64,000 nucleotides of DNA from Haliotis rubra (lineage: Eukaryota): contig NW_025767157.1 in assembly GCF_003918875.1 (NCBI RefSeq), forward strand, positions 1,178,001 to 1,242,000, in the 5' to 3' direction. Below the pieces are notes generated by a model. That model ran no database searches, had not been told where the DNA came from, and was given only the letters and a program-made list of their open reading frames with translations. The translations under genes were made by a program, and so were the position numbers. This document shows, piece after piece, positions 23,791-37,944 of the stretch. Within the stretch, counting starts at the first letter, position 1; each line of letters begins with the position of its first letter.

Positions 23791-26529
23791 CACAAGAACA
23801 TTAGTACACAGAACCTGGACAGACACACGTATAAATGTGACACCTTCTCAGATCATACTTTACGTAGATTACTCGGGTTCACGTTTCCAAAAGTGTTACA
23901 AAATATATGTAGGTATATGACAAGCAAGAACATAGAGGATATACAGGCCTACACAGTCTACCCATGTAGGAAACCAAACCAAAATCTTCGACGTAACAAG
24001 CACACGTTGCACTAACAACTCAACAGGGTACACAAGTCCTATAGGAAATATAATGTTAAAATCATTTCGTACATGGTTATCAATCTAAAAACGCACCATT
24101 ACTCCCGTGTCGATTTACAAAGCTGTGTCAAATTACAGCGAACAGGTTTCTCTAAGATCTTTCATCGAGAGACCACACCAGAAGATGTTGCTGCCAAACG
24201 TTCCGCAGGCCATGCAGCTATTTCATCTTTTACCCATACGTATGTTCAAGGGGCTGGATTACCCAATTACCTAGCGCCTGATAACAATAATCAAAGGGTG
24301 TGTAAGGTAGAAAGGGGCCCGTCTGGGTAGGTCAGGGCATTGTCCCACACATACCTCTTACCCGGTTTCCGGGTCAACGTGGGCGTCCTCGGGGGCTTAT
24401 TTGAGACGCCATATTGCCGGGGGTGCATCGGGTATAAGAGGACATGTGTACCCACAGTCGTCAAAAGTCATGCATGATCTGACATATATGGTGGAACGTT
24501 TGCCAAGTTTACTTACCAATCATAACAAACATTTCTGAAAAATACGTTTTCTTTCATAATTGTGACTCAGCTGCTCTCCTTATATAGCTGGGTTGCTATG
24601 TAATCATTTCTTGTACAGTTGTGTAAATATACGGGTGCATATCATACCGGTAGCAAGGTCACATAACGTCTTATCACATGGTCGCGTCCTAATGTCAGTA
24701 GACAGTTGACTTCACGAAAACAGTATTTCTGCACAGTTTTTTAAGCAAAAGCTTCAGTAAAAAGGATATGCAATAATAAAAGATATACTAGTGAATCATA
24801 AATGTTTTAAAACCTTATTCGACCAGGTACTTTGTGGCTGCGAATGCTGTGTTTTGGAAAAGCTGACAGTATAAATATTTCACATGCAATATGGCCTCAT
24901 CTTAGGCTTTGTAATTCCAAGCGAGATACATCAGGGGAAAAGTTGTGATCTTGCTGTACTATATATGATGCTTGGTGTAAATAATTAATTACTGTAAGTG
25001 ACGCAACCGTCAGCAGCTTCCGTGACGTCGAAAACCATATACAGCAGTAGATCTGCTAGCCCTGCAACATCATCGTGCACGACAAAATCTGCGGGAGGCG
25101 ACAGTAGACGATTTGTATATACGACACGCTGACCGCTATATCATTGAAACATCACAACACTGACACAGACAATTGACTCGATTAAACATTCATCAATATA
25201 GCAGGGCTTTAGACAAACCATTGTTATAGATATGTTTATAAATACATACTGGTCCTAAAAATATCCGAGCGACAGTTCTGGTAAAAGTGTGATCCACAGT
25301 CTGATTGTGCTTGTATTAGTCGATGACAATCTGCCATTTTCCATACGTCTTTAACACTACACAAAATCCAGTATGGCTCTACACCAATACCTGAAAGGGG
25401 TGTCTAAAAAAACACCTCGAAAGAATGACAACGTCCGTGTTTTTACCACATATAAGATCCATGAATCGAACACCTGAACGCGCACGACCATTTTGTGTAC
25501 TGGTATGTACAACACACACACACACATACTTACCAAATACGGATAAATGTCACCATAGGCGAACTTTCCAGTATATTGAATTTTCCACAAATCCAGATCA
25601 ATAATACTTCAACGTCAGTGCTGTTAAACTGACGGTAAAGAGTTTTCTCGGGTAGGAGCTTTAATCTGACTATCAACCCATCCTTGATTGTATCCCAGTG
25701 GGGCTGCTGTCATCAACCCGTGTCACCTGCGTCCTAAAGCTTGGAGGCCACAAGTGTCAAACCCAGCATTGTGTCGTCTGCGTTGAATGTCGTCTGCTTC
25801 TACCTGAGCCAGGTGGGCGCCGGCGTTTGGCGAGCGGTTCCGATGCTCACCTACCAGCTAGATAGAACGCTGATCAAATATGTATGGGGCTTCACGTAAC
25901 AGCGAGGCAGAGGCTCTGTTTTAAAACGATATGTTTTCGTCACTGAACAAACAGGCTTCCGAGAACAGAGGATTCGAACACAGACACACAATCTCTATCA
26001 AATGAAACACTGCCGTATACAATCTCTCTTGACGAGAGTCACTAGTTAACCAAACTCCACATGAGACCCGAATACAAGCAACTCCGGGTAGATGTCGGGT
26101 GAGAGGTGAAGACAGTCAGTGGAAGACGAGGAGTGAAGCCGACGTTTTGTACAGTTGTGTACAGGAGACCCCAGGGACGAGCGGTCACTGTGAGATGATT
26201 GTCTGCCTACTGCAATCAGCTGCGCCGATCTAGCAGAGGGGGGAACACATAACAGCCCCGCGTGTGTGAGGAAACTAAGTAAAGTGACAGGGATGTCATA
26301 AATTATGAAGCGAACCTCCTATCAATGGCTAATAATATGACTTCGTCTTCATTGTGATGCGGAGAACGACTCTCAAGCAATCCCTAATCATTAGTGCTCA
26401 GGCAAGGATTACCGAAAGCTGGTCAAACTCCGTACAACTGACCCACTGTTTGCTGTAGTCTGCACTGCGTGGTGAGGGAGTATAGTGGCACTGTCAGGCA
26501 AATACACTTTATAACGGTAAATATAGCCT

Positions 26530-27360
26530 ATAGTACTGGTACTGTAGGGAAAGTACAGTATTGAACGGTAGATAAAGTGTATAATTACTGGTCAGTCGCG
26601 TAACAGTACTACTTGTAGTATTTTTACGGCACTTCAATGTGAATACAGTTTAAGACAACAAACATTGTCTTCAGTACTGGTACTGTCGGGTAAATACAGG
26701 TTTAAACGGTGGATAAAGCGTATAATTACTGGTCAGTCGCGTAACAGTGGTACTTGTAGTATTTTTACGGCACTTCAATGTGAATACAGTTTAAGACAAC
26801 AAACATTGTCTTCAGTACTGGTACTGTCGGGTAAATACAGGTTTAAACGGTGGATAAAGCGTATAATTACTGGTCAGTCGCGTAACAGTGGTACTTGTAG
26901 TATTTTTACGGCACTTCAATGTGAATACTGTTTAAGACAACAAACATTGTCTTCAGTACTGGTACTGTCGGGTAAATACAGGTTTAAACGGTGGATTAAG
27001 TCTATAATTACTGATCAGTCAGGTGAATACAGCTAACAGTGGTACTTGTAGTATTTTTACGGCACTTCAATGTGAATACAGTTTAAGACGCCAAATATAG
27101 TGTATAGTACTGATACTGTCGGATTTAACCTGTTTAAAGCGGTACAAGTATTCTACAGTACTGGTACTGTCGGGTAACTACAGTTTCAAACGGTGGATAT
27201 AGTCTTCAATTACTGGTCGGCCAGCCAAATACAACTAACAGTGGTAACGGTAGTCTGTATAGCACCAGCACTGTCTGGTAAATAAACGGTAAATATTGTC
27301 AAAAGTGGTGAAAATTGTTTAAAAGGGTAAATATTGCCTATAGTAATGTTACTGTCCGGT
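26530..27360. repeat. 141-bp tandem repeat (~3 near-perfect units plus degenerate flanks)
   Basis: 47-aa periodicity in the shadow ORF 26665-27036; recurrent agtactggtactgtc sub-motif. Confidence 0.9.
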
Positions 27361-28492
27361 ATATACAGAATACTTCTTTGAGTGGCATTTTAGAAGCTGG
27401 GAAGTACAAAATTGACACACTTTATGGGTAACAACCTCTTTATTACGAGAGTGCGACGTTTCGAGACAGATTCTTGTAGCGTTGTCAAGCAGGAATTCGT
27501 AATAAAGAAGTTGTTATCCATAAAGTTTGTCAATTTTTTCATATACAGATTAGTGCGGTAAATATATTCCATAAAAGTGTACTGTCGACTAACTACATTA
27601 TAAAGGGGTAGATATGATTTGTAGTACTGGTACCTTATAACCGTACATGCGTCAATGGGTCATTCACATCACCTCGACACAGGGGGACGCTCCCACCTTA
27701 CATGTGAACTCGCCTGTCACTTTGGGGTTAAGTGTACCCCCTGGGTGAACCCTTTGTCTGCACCACAGCGGAAACCCAGAATAGTGGGTCTCTGAATATA
27801 TATCATTTTATAGTGGCAATTAAACCCATTTAAACAGAAAAGGAGCCCCGGTGAGATGGGAAATTCTGAACCTGAGGAAATCTAGACTTGCTTCATTTAG
27901 AGCTTTAGCTTTGTGGGGAGGGCTAGACAGTAGGGAACATAATGTGGTTCAGGGACTGTGCGACAGACTAAGTGACCATTCTGCAGAGTCGTTACAGCCT
28001 GACAGTCAGTCCCGCTATGTCCAGCATATGCAGTCACGGGGACTGAGTTGTGCTCGGGGTAGTGAGTGAACAGGATCGGCAATCTTCGCCACTACTCTCG
28101 TACACGCCCGAAGTTAATCCCACAGATGTACAACTCTGCCGCTACACACTGAGAGCGCCTCTGGGTCAGAGGGTGAATAAATGTTTGATTATATGTTTTA
28201 GAATCATACAGCCTCGATGATGTTGAGGGCACGGGTTATTCATTCGTCTAAGGCGCCGCAAGTGATGTGCAGAGTTGCGTCCCTTGAGCTCGCAAGAGAA
28301 TTATGATCGAAGATAAGAATCCCGTTTCGCCCCTGTTATGTTTCTGGGTTTTGAAGCACTACTCTAGGTTTTACACGTATACTATCCACATCAACCCCAC
28401 ACTCGTGTTATCCCCGGATTACTGTTTAAAAAGGCTTTAAACCCACCCCACTCACTCACTCACTCACTCACTCATTCATTCATTCACTCATA

Positions 28493-28722
28493 GGTGCGGT
28501 GGGGTAGCCTAATGGTTAAAGTACGTCCGTTCGTCACGCTGAAGATTTGGGTTCTATTCCCCACGTGGGTACAATGTGTGAAGCCCATGTCAGGTGTCCC
28601 CCGCCGTGATATTGCTGGAATATGGCTAAAAGCGGCGTAAAACCATATTCACTCACTCACTCGGACTAGTCGTGATATTGCTGGAATATTGCTACAAGAG
28701 ACGTAAAACCCAACTCACTCAC
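28493..28722 (+). mobile_element. SINE family A with a duplicated 3' tail, inserted next to an older (CACT)n tail
   Basis: Head ggtgcggtggggtagcc; tail ends at 28662; second tail at 28670-28722. Confidence 0.85.
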
Positions 28723-29911
28723 TCGGAAAGGTTAACACGGGGCATTCCGAACAACACTTTGTTTGTGATACTGAAAGCAGGACATGGGCATGACATATTT
28801 GACATATGACACGGAACCGACTTCCTACAGCCCGTGGGAAGTATAGCTACACAATCTCAAACATATATATTAGACGTTCCCTTTCTTATATTCAGTTATA
28901 AGGTCGTTGGATAATAATAATATAATATAAGTATAATATTGAATTATTTCATGATACTTTGGGTTTTTACAAAACCAAAATATCAGCTATATGCAAATCG
29001 CTTAAAATGAGACGTAATATATTACACTTAACAGTGCTATGTTATATATAGTAATTATATCATACCGGAGGCTGATAATAACAGTATGCCTAGTTACTAC
29101 GATAGAAACAACATCTTTAAACGTGTCAAAACGTGACAAGGAGCTTGCAAAGGTGTGTGTTAAGGATCTAAACACATTTTCAAATCCACGTTTAAACAAC
29201 CTCGACTGTGATCAATAGATCGGAGAGTACTGTACGTATAATGTAGCTATATCTTACCTTAAGTGAAGGCTGCTGACTAGGGAAAGAGAAGCACGGCAAT
29301 GGACACGTGCATTAGATGATGCACATCAATACCATCTATATAGAGCCTAAAGTGGGCCTACGTGTCCTTAAATTCATGAGTAGGCGGAGCTCGTGTGACC
29401 ATGCATGCAACACACGGACATAGTGATTTCCGAGATATGCCGACTGTCTAACAACTATGAATACCACTGTGTTTGATATTTGCATCCGCGTCTGAATATC
29501 AACCGTTTTGAAGGAGAGTCTACTTGTGGTAATAAGTTCACCTCATACCGTTAAGTTAATCATACCGTTCAAGCATTTACAACAGGATGTCCCCCGGTCC
29601 AATCCTGAAACAAATGCAAAACGGAAACCCGAGAATGTACATAGGACGTATTGGGCATGTTCCCATTTCGCCTACAGTCTTAAAACAACAATTCATGGTC
29701 TGGTGACTGTTATTTATGCACGCGTAATAAGTTTACCCCCTTCAGATATAAATGGAATCTCCCCTAGTTTTCCTTTAATTTGATTAATAGCACATGTAGA
29801 CAACATGGCTTTTTGCATTAAAATAAACAAATTGTTCTTCTTTCATGTTTTTTATTCACAGCAAATCATAGTACAATATAATACAATAATCAAAATAACA
29901 CTGGCTGTTAA

Positions 29912-31964
29912 AGGGGAAGTGTACACGAATAAATCACATTTATTCTTATGTGAATCAAAGTGAACTGTTTTAATTAGTTAATACCAATGTTTGAAAATAT
30001 ACACTCATTTTTCTTACAATGTAAGTATAACCCTCAAAATAAGTGCTGAAATGTTATGCCAATATGAGGTATTTGTTTGCCGAGCTAAACAGGCCAGAGT
30101 TACCGCCCTTTGATTATGCCGTAATTGGTGCCACCTGATTTTAAACTGGTCTCCTGTCTAGTCCCAAATCAAAAGATAACAATACTGATATTAATCACGT
30201 AAAAAAAAGTTTGTGAAAATACGAAGAAGCATAAGAACAGAAAATGTAAGCAGCAGGACGGATTGATCGTGTGTATTTTCATTCATAAACTCGCCTCAAT
30301 GAAAATACCAAATATGTATAACAATGTTGACGTCCGTATGACATCACTATCGGGAAGCGACTTTTTCAAAATGGCGTGTTCACTGACATGAGTACGCCGG
30401 AGTTTTCGAAGGAAATTTTCGTTGTTTCAAGCAATTGTGACATGTAAGTAGTCCGAAAATTCTGTCAGTCTGCTGTTTGTTATTTTCTTTTTGTTTTATT
30501 GTGACCAAGGGAAACAGTCATAAATTAAGAGAAGTACCGTCATCGTTGTGCGTGAGTTTGCGTCAGTTATGGCGTCATGCTTTCAAAAACTATACATGTA
30601 TGTTGTGACGAATCTAGGAAATCATTGGAATACGCCTATTTTATTTAACTATCGCTTGCTACGATACCTTTCCCACGCATGTTCTAAAACTAATGAGCAA
30701 TTGTATGCAACAAGTAGGCGAACGGATACACAGTGTAAAATCTGAGACTGGCTTTGTATACATTTCAAACAAGTATTCTTTCACAGCGCGGCATCTTATA
30801 TCCTTGATATATTTCGTTAGATTTCACTGGAACACTTCGTCTTTGTATTGGTGAGAGAGTCCATTTGTCAGTTTATTTTGAACTGTATGAGGAATTCAGG
30901 GATTCATGTAAGGAAGATGGTGTTGAATTATACAATTGATTTTATGGACGAAACATAACCGACATAGACATGTGACGTGATTTTATAAACACTATGTAAT
31001 AAAGGTGAAAATTCACTTTGACGTTTGCGTATTTTCCAAAACATTCTCAGCGATTCTCGGTTCATCGATAATGTTTCAGAACGAGCATTGGTGATTCGAT
31101 CATACAACAACAAAACTATCGCTGATCACAATGATCACGTCTTTCTCCCAGTAAAATTTGACATTTGAATTAAGACATACCATAAATTACGCAAAACGCA
31201 GTGAATGGTGATTTAGTAATGTGTCAAAACTGGCGAGATTTACGATGCATGTAATTTTCAGTAAATTTTATCTACAATGAGCGGATGATATTATAGAAAA
31301 ACGAATTTCAAACAGTGTTCAAAACTGCAAATTGCATTTATCTGCGTGATGTATTTGGATATGTACTGTCGATATCAAAAGGAAGGTACGATGAATCGTA
31401 CGATTTATGTAAGAACTTTAGTAACAAACGTAGAATGCCGGCACATTCACCGATGGCAAGCAAGATGTAGTGCATAAACGTTTTAGGTTTCATGAAAAAA
31501 GATACTGTTGGAAAGGCGACCGACTCAGGTTGAATATGTTATACAATTTGGTTACGTGGTAACACTTTTAGTACAATGTACACTGCAACGTCATTACAGT
31601 GTAGAACGGACCACATAGCCAGCTGACGGCCAAGCAACAGGTGGATTAAAACAGTAGCCTGCGCATCGAGACACAAGAACCACACCTATACCTGCACCAC
31701 GTGAAATGGGTCTAATTAGGTCTGACGACGTCATTCGTTTATCGTTTGGGCACCAATGACGTCATTTCCAAGGGACATAAGCCATGGTGTGTTTATTGTG
31801 GATATAGAACTCTTGGTAAAAGTTGAAAATATGTGATATAACACAAATAATAAATTAGTTACTTCTGATATATGTACGGGTTTGGATATAAAACTACTTG
31901 ATAAATACTTTTTATGAAGAAAAAGTGCAAGACAAAAAGTTTAATTTTCGTGTACACTTGCCCT
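29912..31964. mobile_element. Non-autonomous Kolobok-type DNA transposon (2053 bp)
   Basis: TTAA TSDs at 29908-29911 and 31965-31968. 18-bp TIR aggggaagtgtacacgaa / ttcgtgtacacttgccct (17/18 match) with RR termini. No transposase ORF. Confidence 0.85.
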
Positions 31965-33087
31965 TTAACTAGTACACTGTACTTGAGTTCATGGATGTCT
32001 GAGTTTATTGAAGCTTCAATAAGTGACCTGCTGCGTCTCAGTCGGTTGAGACACTGGTCAAGATCTCTGTATGCTCGTGAGCGTAGTCAAGTTGTTGCAC
32101 CATGGTCAATCTGAAGGGATTAAGGGGTGTCCTCCCATTACGCAGACAGCCAGTTCGCAGACACCTTAAAACAACAACATTTACGGTTCAGTGAACAGAT
32201 TATCTACTACCTGTTACCTACACATTATAATAGAATAGTCCAAATAAAAACACAGGAACAAACTGAAGCTACATTATTTATTTTGAAAGATGGACGAAAA
32301 GACAGTAATTTGAATTTTTATTGCGGCAATATAAAAACAGTTTATTTTCATAAACATTTCGGTTAACCTTCTAGTCTAACGGGAGTCGGCATCATCATAT
32401 TGAAAACATTAGCTTAGCTATTAGAAATTGCGACACTGTTGTATCATATAAATCAAATAAAGACAAATGTGAACCTAAATATTATTCATATGGAATATAG
32501 CAGTTATATGTTTTGCACACAATATTAAGATATATGACGAGTGCAATTAATTACGATTTATTTAGAATAATTATTTAAAATATGACGCATCATGTCATGG
32601 GTGTGAGAATGTTTTTCATTACTTCCTTGAGTGTCCGTTGTATACTGCTCAAAGACATAAACTGTTACAATCTTTAGAAAGGATTGTTGAAATTAGAACA
32701 CTGATTGGTATTAATCGTATCTTACATGGCAATGCAGGTGTCTCATTTACTGCAAATCAGAATGTTTTCAAATATGTACATATCTATATCTCTCCAACAA
32801 AACGTTTTCTCAGTTAGCGTCTGTTGTACATATGCTATTATTGGGATCGGTCCTTTCTATCAATAAACACAATCAAACCTCTCAGTGACAAACCTGTTTT
32901 TACATTCGATAGTAATTGATAGTAAAATCAATTTTGAGAAGAGAAATCATTTATCATTTAATCACAACAAAGTTCTATTTACCTACAATCAAACGAACCT
33001 GTTTCATGCTCACCCTGCTCTACTCACTAGACAGTGGACTGTTCCATTATACCCGTAGGTGTTACCCTAATTAACCTTCTAGTTCAG

Positions 33088-33133
33088 TGTCTGTCAATTG
33101 GGTGTCTGTCAAATGGGTGTCTGTCAAATGGGA
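33088..33133. repeat. 15-bp tandem repeat x3
   Basis: tgtctgtcaa(t/a)tggg repeated three times. Confidence 0.8.
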
Positions 33134-34076
33134 GATAACCTTTAAAGACAATGATATACTTATCTTTTTACTCATACATTGTGAAACTGACCTTCCTTAA
33201 TTCCACTAAGTCAAGTCCATTCTCTCAATAGGGGTGCATTTTCTATTCCCTATTCGCCTACATGTTTACTGTAGGAGAAATGGGATGTATGGTCTTTTTG
33301 TGAGATGCAGGTGCATATTATTAAGTCAACAAAGTTCCTAATAGCTCAACCATAACAACCATGACAATAACACCAGAACTGGTTCAGTTTTAAATACCAA
33401 TACACATTTGTAAACATCTTTGTAATCTGTTTAACGTGACACTGTGGTATAATTGTAGTGAAATTAAGCAATAAGCTGAACGGAGACATTGCCGGTTTTC
33501 CAGTTACACCACGAAACGCAGGATGCCGAAAAATATGAAACCTATCGGTGTGGACCAGGATTCGAACCCACGATCATTTGTATCTGGTGTGCCCAAGGGA
33601 GACAACTCTACGCAACAATTTTAAGTGTCTATTAGACGACTGAGACATGTCGTGTCTCCACTTTGTTTTAGTGTGTAATGTGTGCAATCATTAACTGTGG
33701 TATGTACATCGTGAAACTATAGTCGCCAGACAAAGAGATGTTCTAAACACATGCGCTGTATATAATGTGTTTAGATCCAAAACACAAACCTATAAGCACG
33801 TCTCCTGTCCCTCGTGTTTAAGACAATTGGAGGCCTTAACGTGTTTAAATCGTAAACATGTTAAGCATTGTCTTTGAACACCGAACATGTTTGGATTAGT
33901 GAGAGTCAGTTTTAATAGGGTGATACAAGCCCGTTTCGACGTTTCACTTCTAAGCACGTAAATTTTGGTCATTTATATACTTCGTTATATAAAGAAATTA
34001 CGTTTTCGAGTAATCATGTCTTGCATATGCTTAATACCTAAACACATTATGTTGTACTGTGTGTCTTTAAAGCTCT

Positions 34077-34322
34077 GACCCGTGAAGGTCCGGGTTAGAA
34101 TATTGGCCTTTAGTAACCCATGCTTGTAAGAGGCGACTAACGGGATCGGGTGATCAGGCTCGCTGACTTGGTTGACACATGTCATCGGTTCCCAACTGCG
34201 CAGATAGATGCTCATGCTGTTGATCACTGGATTGTCTGGCCCAGACTGGATTACTTACAGACCGCCGCCATATAGCTGGAATATTGCTTAGTGCGGCGTA
34301 AAACTTAACTCACTCACTCACT
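34077..34322 (+). mobile_element. Family B element, full length
   Basis: gacccgtgaaggtccgggttag...gcggcgtaaaacttaactcactcact. Confidence 0.9.
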
Positions 34323-34341
34323 ATTACCCAGCTCTGTTTCT

Positions 34342-34560
34342 ATGCCAATCCTGCGATTCAGATCTTGTAAACACAATCTACCTGTTGAAACTGAAAGGTG
34401 GACTACTACACCAAGAGAACTCCGAACTTGCCAACTTTGTAAAAGCCCAGCGATTGCTGACGAATTTCACTATATATGTAGATGAAAGGCATTTGCTGTC
34501 GAACGAGACTTTTATGTTTCCCATAAATTCAATACGTTTCCAAATTTGCATACTTTTCAA
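34342..34560 (+). pseudogene. Remnant of a non-LTR retrotransposon ORF2 C-terminus (CCHC zinc knuckle)
   Basis: Manual translation gives PILRFRSCKHNLPVETERWTTTPRELRTCQLCKSPAIADEFHYICR*KAF, with a stop where the last Cys is expected. Not in the ORF track. Confidence 0.8.
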
Positions 34561-35474
34561 TTGTTATTTACATCTAAAAATTGTCAATCTTGAAAAGTCT
34601 TTACAGATTTCTATCCATCATCAACTCAACACTCAAGAAACTTAATCGAATATGACCCCATAAATTGTATGTATTGTCTTCTCTTGTACCACCGATGGTG
34701 GTTGAATGAGAATATAGGAATTGGAAATTGTTACTTCTGTTTGCATACACACATGTGTTTGGTATGTTAAACAAACATGTGAGGACTTCTGTTTGGTCCA
34801 AATTAATCCTATGAGAATGTGAGAAGCCATGTTATAAGTAAAGAAAGGTTTTAAAAACAAATAGTTTGATAAAACAATAGATCAGATAGTTTGATACAAC
34901 AATAGATCTACTGCACTTACAGTGACAATGAACATGATTTGTCATATATCAAATATATCAGTTCAAATATATTAATTTATTTATATTAACTACGGTACGG
35001 TTCAATAAAACTCTAAATCATTCACATTCTTCTCTGATGTTCTCACGCAGTGCCGGGAAAGCCCCAATTACAAATCACTGAACCAAAACCATGGCCGGTA
35101 AAGCCCCACTGCATTCTACCTATATGATTTGAAATGTCTATAACCAGCCAGAAAGCTGTGAAATCCGATAAATCCACACATCATCGGGATAACTATAGAA
35201 GGGCTCTATACCATGTACCATCACAATACGAGCTTACGTGTAAATCTGAAACATATCACTGAAGTTTGACCAGATTTCGACTCTCTTTCAAGTTTTGCTA
35301 AAATATATTCAACTTGTCAAGTGAAATGTGGTTAAAAGTTGGGTTATAGCGTTATTTCAACTTAAATTGCGACGTGCAGGCACTTATATGAGTGTCTGGT
35401 TGCTTTACTCGTCCGTAATGATGCTTTCAAGGCTCTAGTCATACCACGACGCATTTGATTCTCCATTTAGACAC

Positions 35475-35510
35475 GGGGCGGTGGGGTAGCCTAGTGGTTA
35501 AAGTGTTCGA
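35475..35510 (+). mobile_element. SINE family A 5' head fragment
   Basis: ggggcggtggggtagcctagtggttaaagtgttcg. Confidence 0.7.
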
Positions 35511-36269
35511 CACACACCCCATTTTTGAAAATAGCTTAAAACCACATTGAAGTTAATGTTTTGCATTGGTGGAGCCGAGGAGGGTTTCAGTGGGTACGAA
35601 ACACACACACACACACACCCTCCCCCCTTTAAAATTCCTGGATCCGCCTCTGAAGTAAATGCATATCATCACAGAATCTTAACTACAATAAACTGGTCTC
35701 CGTAACTACTCTGAAAAGGATCAGCATTCAAATCACCACCAGAATGGTTCCGTTAAGCGTTTTACAAATACACATATTTGTTTGTAGATTGGTTGGTTGG
35801 ATGGTTGGCTGGCTGGTTGGTTAACGCCGCACTTAGACAATGACGTGATAGACATCCTGATCATGGATCTACACAAATGGTCATCAACCAATCAAGTTAC
35901 CGAATCAGCCCACTCTCCCCACCCGAAACAGATTTAAACCTTTCTTCGTCAGCAAAAAAGAAGCACCTCGGTATGATTTGTATAATTTCCAAGAAGGCAT
36001 TCAAATCCAGCAACCATACCGGATCCCTCACTCTCGGGCCCCTATCAAACAACTTATTTCATATTCATACCTAGTTTTCGGAGTCTCAAGGCAGTATTTT
36101 GCAATACAAATGCTTCATAACTGCTACAAAAAGGGCGAATTTTCAACTAGGTCTAACTACCGAGCTTAAGAAACGTCACACTAGTAAACACTTCAGTTTG
36201 TATTGAGATCCGAATGTTTGAACACGCGTTTATGGTTATACGGACAAAGACCTTTTGGAATGCATACGA

Positions 36270-36510
36270 CTGTGCGCGTTCTTATTAGCGCAAGCGCCCC
36301 AGACGTGCAAAACTAGTTGAAGTATAATATCGCGGAAGATTTTTTATCCGTAAGTATTATTTGAGGAACACATTCGTATTGAAAGAATCAGAATCGAAAG
36401 AATCGAGGTAATTTTGATCGTTGTGTTTACTTGTTTTGTTTTATGAACAAATTAGACCAATGACATGCAGCGAACGTATTTGCTGCAGAGCAGACTTAAT
36501 GGCGGCATCC
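36270..36510 (+). promoter_or_regulatory. Probable promoter and non-coding first exon of the EEP gene
   Basis: CpG-richer segment; candidate donors CC|GTAAGT (~36349) and GAG|GTAATT (36407); YY1-like AATGGCGGC near 36498. Exon 2 has an acceptor upstream of its ATG, so a 5' exon is required. Confidence 0.5.
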
Positions 36511-37944
36511 TTGTTGCAAAGTTTGCATACGACACTGTTATTTAAGTAAAATAAACAAGCTTAAAACGTGTTACTTGCAGGTAATGTAACCAAAATTGCT
36601 TTTCGTTTTATATGTTAGTCAATGCATGTAATGTTTATTTAGGTTTAAGGATCAGCAATTAGCTATTTAGTCAAATAGGATGTCCATATGACTGGAGATT
36701 TAAACCGCGAAAACTGATAACAGTGACCGAATGAATGATGGAATCACTGGTTCCTCATTTGTGCAACAGTATTCTAGATTTCACAGCTTTTCATTTAGTC
36801 CAATATGCTATTTTCAAGTAAGGTAATGTCCCTAAGATAACGTAAACTATCGTTTGTGCACTAGCAAATCTGTTTTCGCGACAAAAGAAGGCTAGGGGTG
36901 TTATGGCTTCCTCAGCCGTGATTTAAGCAATACCTGGAGCCGAGGGGATAAAAGACTACATTAAAATAACATTTGGACCCAGATGCATATCCAGACATTA
37001 TTCGGGATTTAAGCTTGAAGATTTGTAGCGCAATTCTTAAAATATGAATAGCACACACTTTTCAATCGGAGTTGTTAACCTCTGGCTAACAACTCCATTT
37101 TAATCTCAGCCTACTTTGGATATATCCACCCCAAAGTTCAGTGCATTCAAGTTTCTGAATGATTTTAAATCTTAAGTAATAATTTTATATAGTGATATCA
37201 CATATAAAATTAATGCACGATGCATTGTATTTTCTAACCAAAACATTAGTGTTCCACGCTGAACCTTGCCTAAGTAAGTCAAAATGAAGAGAAAACTTGT
37301 GTTTGTGTAACAGATGGGTTATATACTAAAAATAATAATTTAGCCTGATTTGGTTAGAAGCAAGTATTAATGAAAGCATAGATAGCAATAAAATTCTTTA
37401 GTTGTATGGAGCCATGACCAACCTAGTACTGCTGGCAGTCATATCTAACATTGTCTACACATGTTTATAGACATGATATACAATTGAATCAAGTTATTTA
37501 TCTCAAAACACTGAAACCTATTTGTTTTTCCATATTTATCGTTCACTTGCTGTCATTGAAGCCCAGCTGAGAGCTTACCATACAGTCACATGGATGCGTA
37601 ATGCTGTCCCTCCATGTAGCAGCATATCTATATAACTTTACAAGACACTGTATAAAGCATGCCGAAAGAATTGCATCTGAATGTTTGTTATCAAAACAAA
37701 AGTCCATTTAGCTCCTAAATCCCCTTCCTCCTCCAAAGTGCACCCATCAAAGTGCAATTCCTCCCTTAATTGTTCAAGGCGTCTGTGTACATGAAAGAAT
37801 GTAACATACATAGCAGTGTTCATCAAATAAAGCAGGTGAATTTGTCCCTCCTTGTTCATGTACAATTTCTTTCACTTTTCTGCTAGAGTGTTTTGTTTTA
37901 CATCCCAAATTGAAATTGTCATTCATGTATTTGCAGGCTTCACA

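Noticed and set aside
24451-25095. Possible CCC..GGG-terminated MITE
   Set aside because: The inverted match is only partial and gapped, and there is no convincing TSD.
35565-35652. MITE end (ttcctggatccgcctctg)
   Set aside because: Only one plausible terminus; the boundaries cannot be defined.
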